A stretch of DNA of 64,000 nucleotides from an uncultured Candidatus Saccharibacteria bacterium (lineage in GTDB: Bacteria > Patescibacteriota > Saccharimonadia > CAILAD01 > JADZBC01): NCBI GenBank assembly GCA_964413715.1, contig CAYPSN010000003.1:1-64000 (forward strand), in the 5' to 3' direction. Shown one piece after another: positions 63,595 to 64,000 of the stretch. The position numbers and the translations under genes were made by a program. The notes under the pieces are model-generated. The model had not been told where the DNA came from, did no database searches, and saw only the letters and a program-made list of their open reading frames with translations. Position 1 is the first letter of the stretch. The number at the start of each line of letters is the position of its first letter.

Positions 63595-63942
63595 ATGAAA
63601 AGAATACATTCAGAACAACTCAAGAAAAAAAGGATCCGCGCGAATATTTTCGGTACTGCTCAGCGTCCTCGTTTAGCGGTAGCAGTGTCTAACCGACAAT
63701 TGACCGCTCAGCTGATTGACGATGCTGCTGGCCAGACCTTGGCCTATGCTACGTCGACAAATCAAAAGGATTTGGCAGGTAAGAGCATGACGCAGAAGGC
63801 TGTTTGGGTAGGTGAGCAGATAGCTCAAACCGCTAAGGCAAAGAAAATTGACACAGTGGTTTTTGATCGCGGTACGCACATTTATCACGGTCGAGTGGCA
63901 GCATTAGCTGGCGCCGCACGCGAGAAAGGACTAAAATTCTAG
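63595..63942 (+). CDS. rplR: 50S ribosomal protein L18
   Basis: ATG at 63595 (MKRIHSEQLKKKRIRANI); the longer ORF from 63454 overlaps rplF. Confidence 0.9.
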   Translation: MKRIHSEQLKKKRIRANIFGTAQRPRLAVAVSNRQLTAQLIDDAAGQTLAYATSTNQKDLAGKSMTQKAVWVGEQIAQTAKAKKIDTVVFDRGTHIYHGRVAALAGAAREKGLKF

Positions 63943-63944
63943 AT

Positions 63945-64000
63945 ATGGCAGCAACAGAAGTAGTAAAAGAGTTTGAAGAAAAGATCATTGCCCTAGATCG
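63945..64000 (+). CDS. rpsE: 30S ribosomal protein S5, 5' partial (continues beyond the window)
   Basis: ATG at 63945; operon order. Confidence 0.7.
   Translation, partial: MAATEVVKEFEEKIIALD

Overview
The window is a low-to-mid GC (about 45-50%) bacterial chromosome segment dominated by housekeeping genes. The gene order is gatCAB, dnaE, rplS, rnhB, nusA, clpC, radA, PBP1A, tyrS, recG, tig-clpP, then rpoB-rpoC-rpsL-rpsG-fusA-tuf and the S10/spc ribosomal-protein operon running to a partial rpsE. Gene content and small-membrane-protein style suggest a reduced Gram-positive-like or CPR/Saccharibacteria-like genome; I cannot name the lineage. Three tRNAs are present: Leu-TAA, Val-CAC and Leu-TAG.

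What stands out is a set of sharply high-GC (about 62-70%) single-gene islands dropped into otherwise conserved positions. Each has a strong Shine-Dalgarno sequence and a long perfect hairpin at its 3' end, usually with no U-tract. Most have a TTGACA-17-TAxxxT promoter-like motif in the low-GC spacer upstream. The islands encode:
- an 877-aa major vault protein (MVP) homologue;
- a compact (about 288 aa) serpin;
- a thymidine kinase with a 62-aa partner, sitting between rpsG and fusA;
- four small orphan proteins of 104, 166, 117 and 105 aa.

Four GC-rich, ORF-poor, hairpin-dense regions of about 500-700 nt also have sigma70-like promoters and terminators. They lie between dnaE and rplS, between rplS and rnhB, between fusA and tuf, and between rpsJ and rplC. 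I treat them as candidate structured ncRNAs of unassigned family; the one between rplS and rnhB could instead be a decayed gene. I cannot establish from the sequence alone whether this mosaic is natural horizontal acquisition (for example from a high-GC host) or an engineered arrangement.
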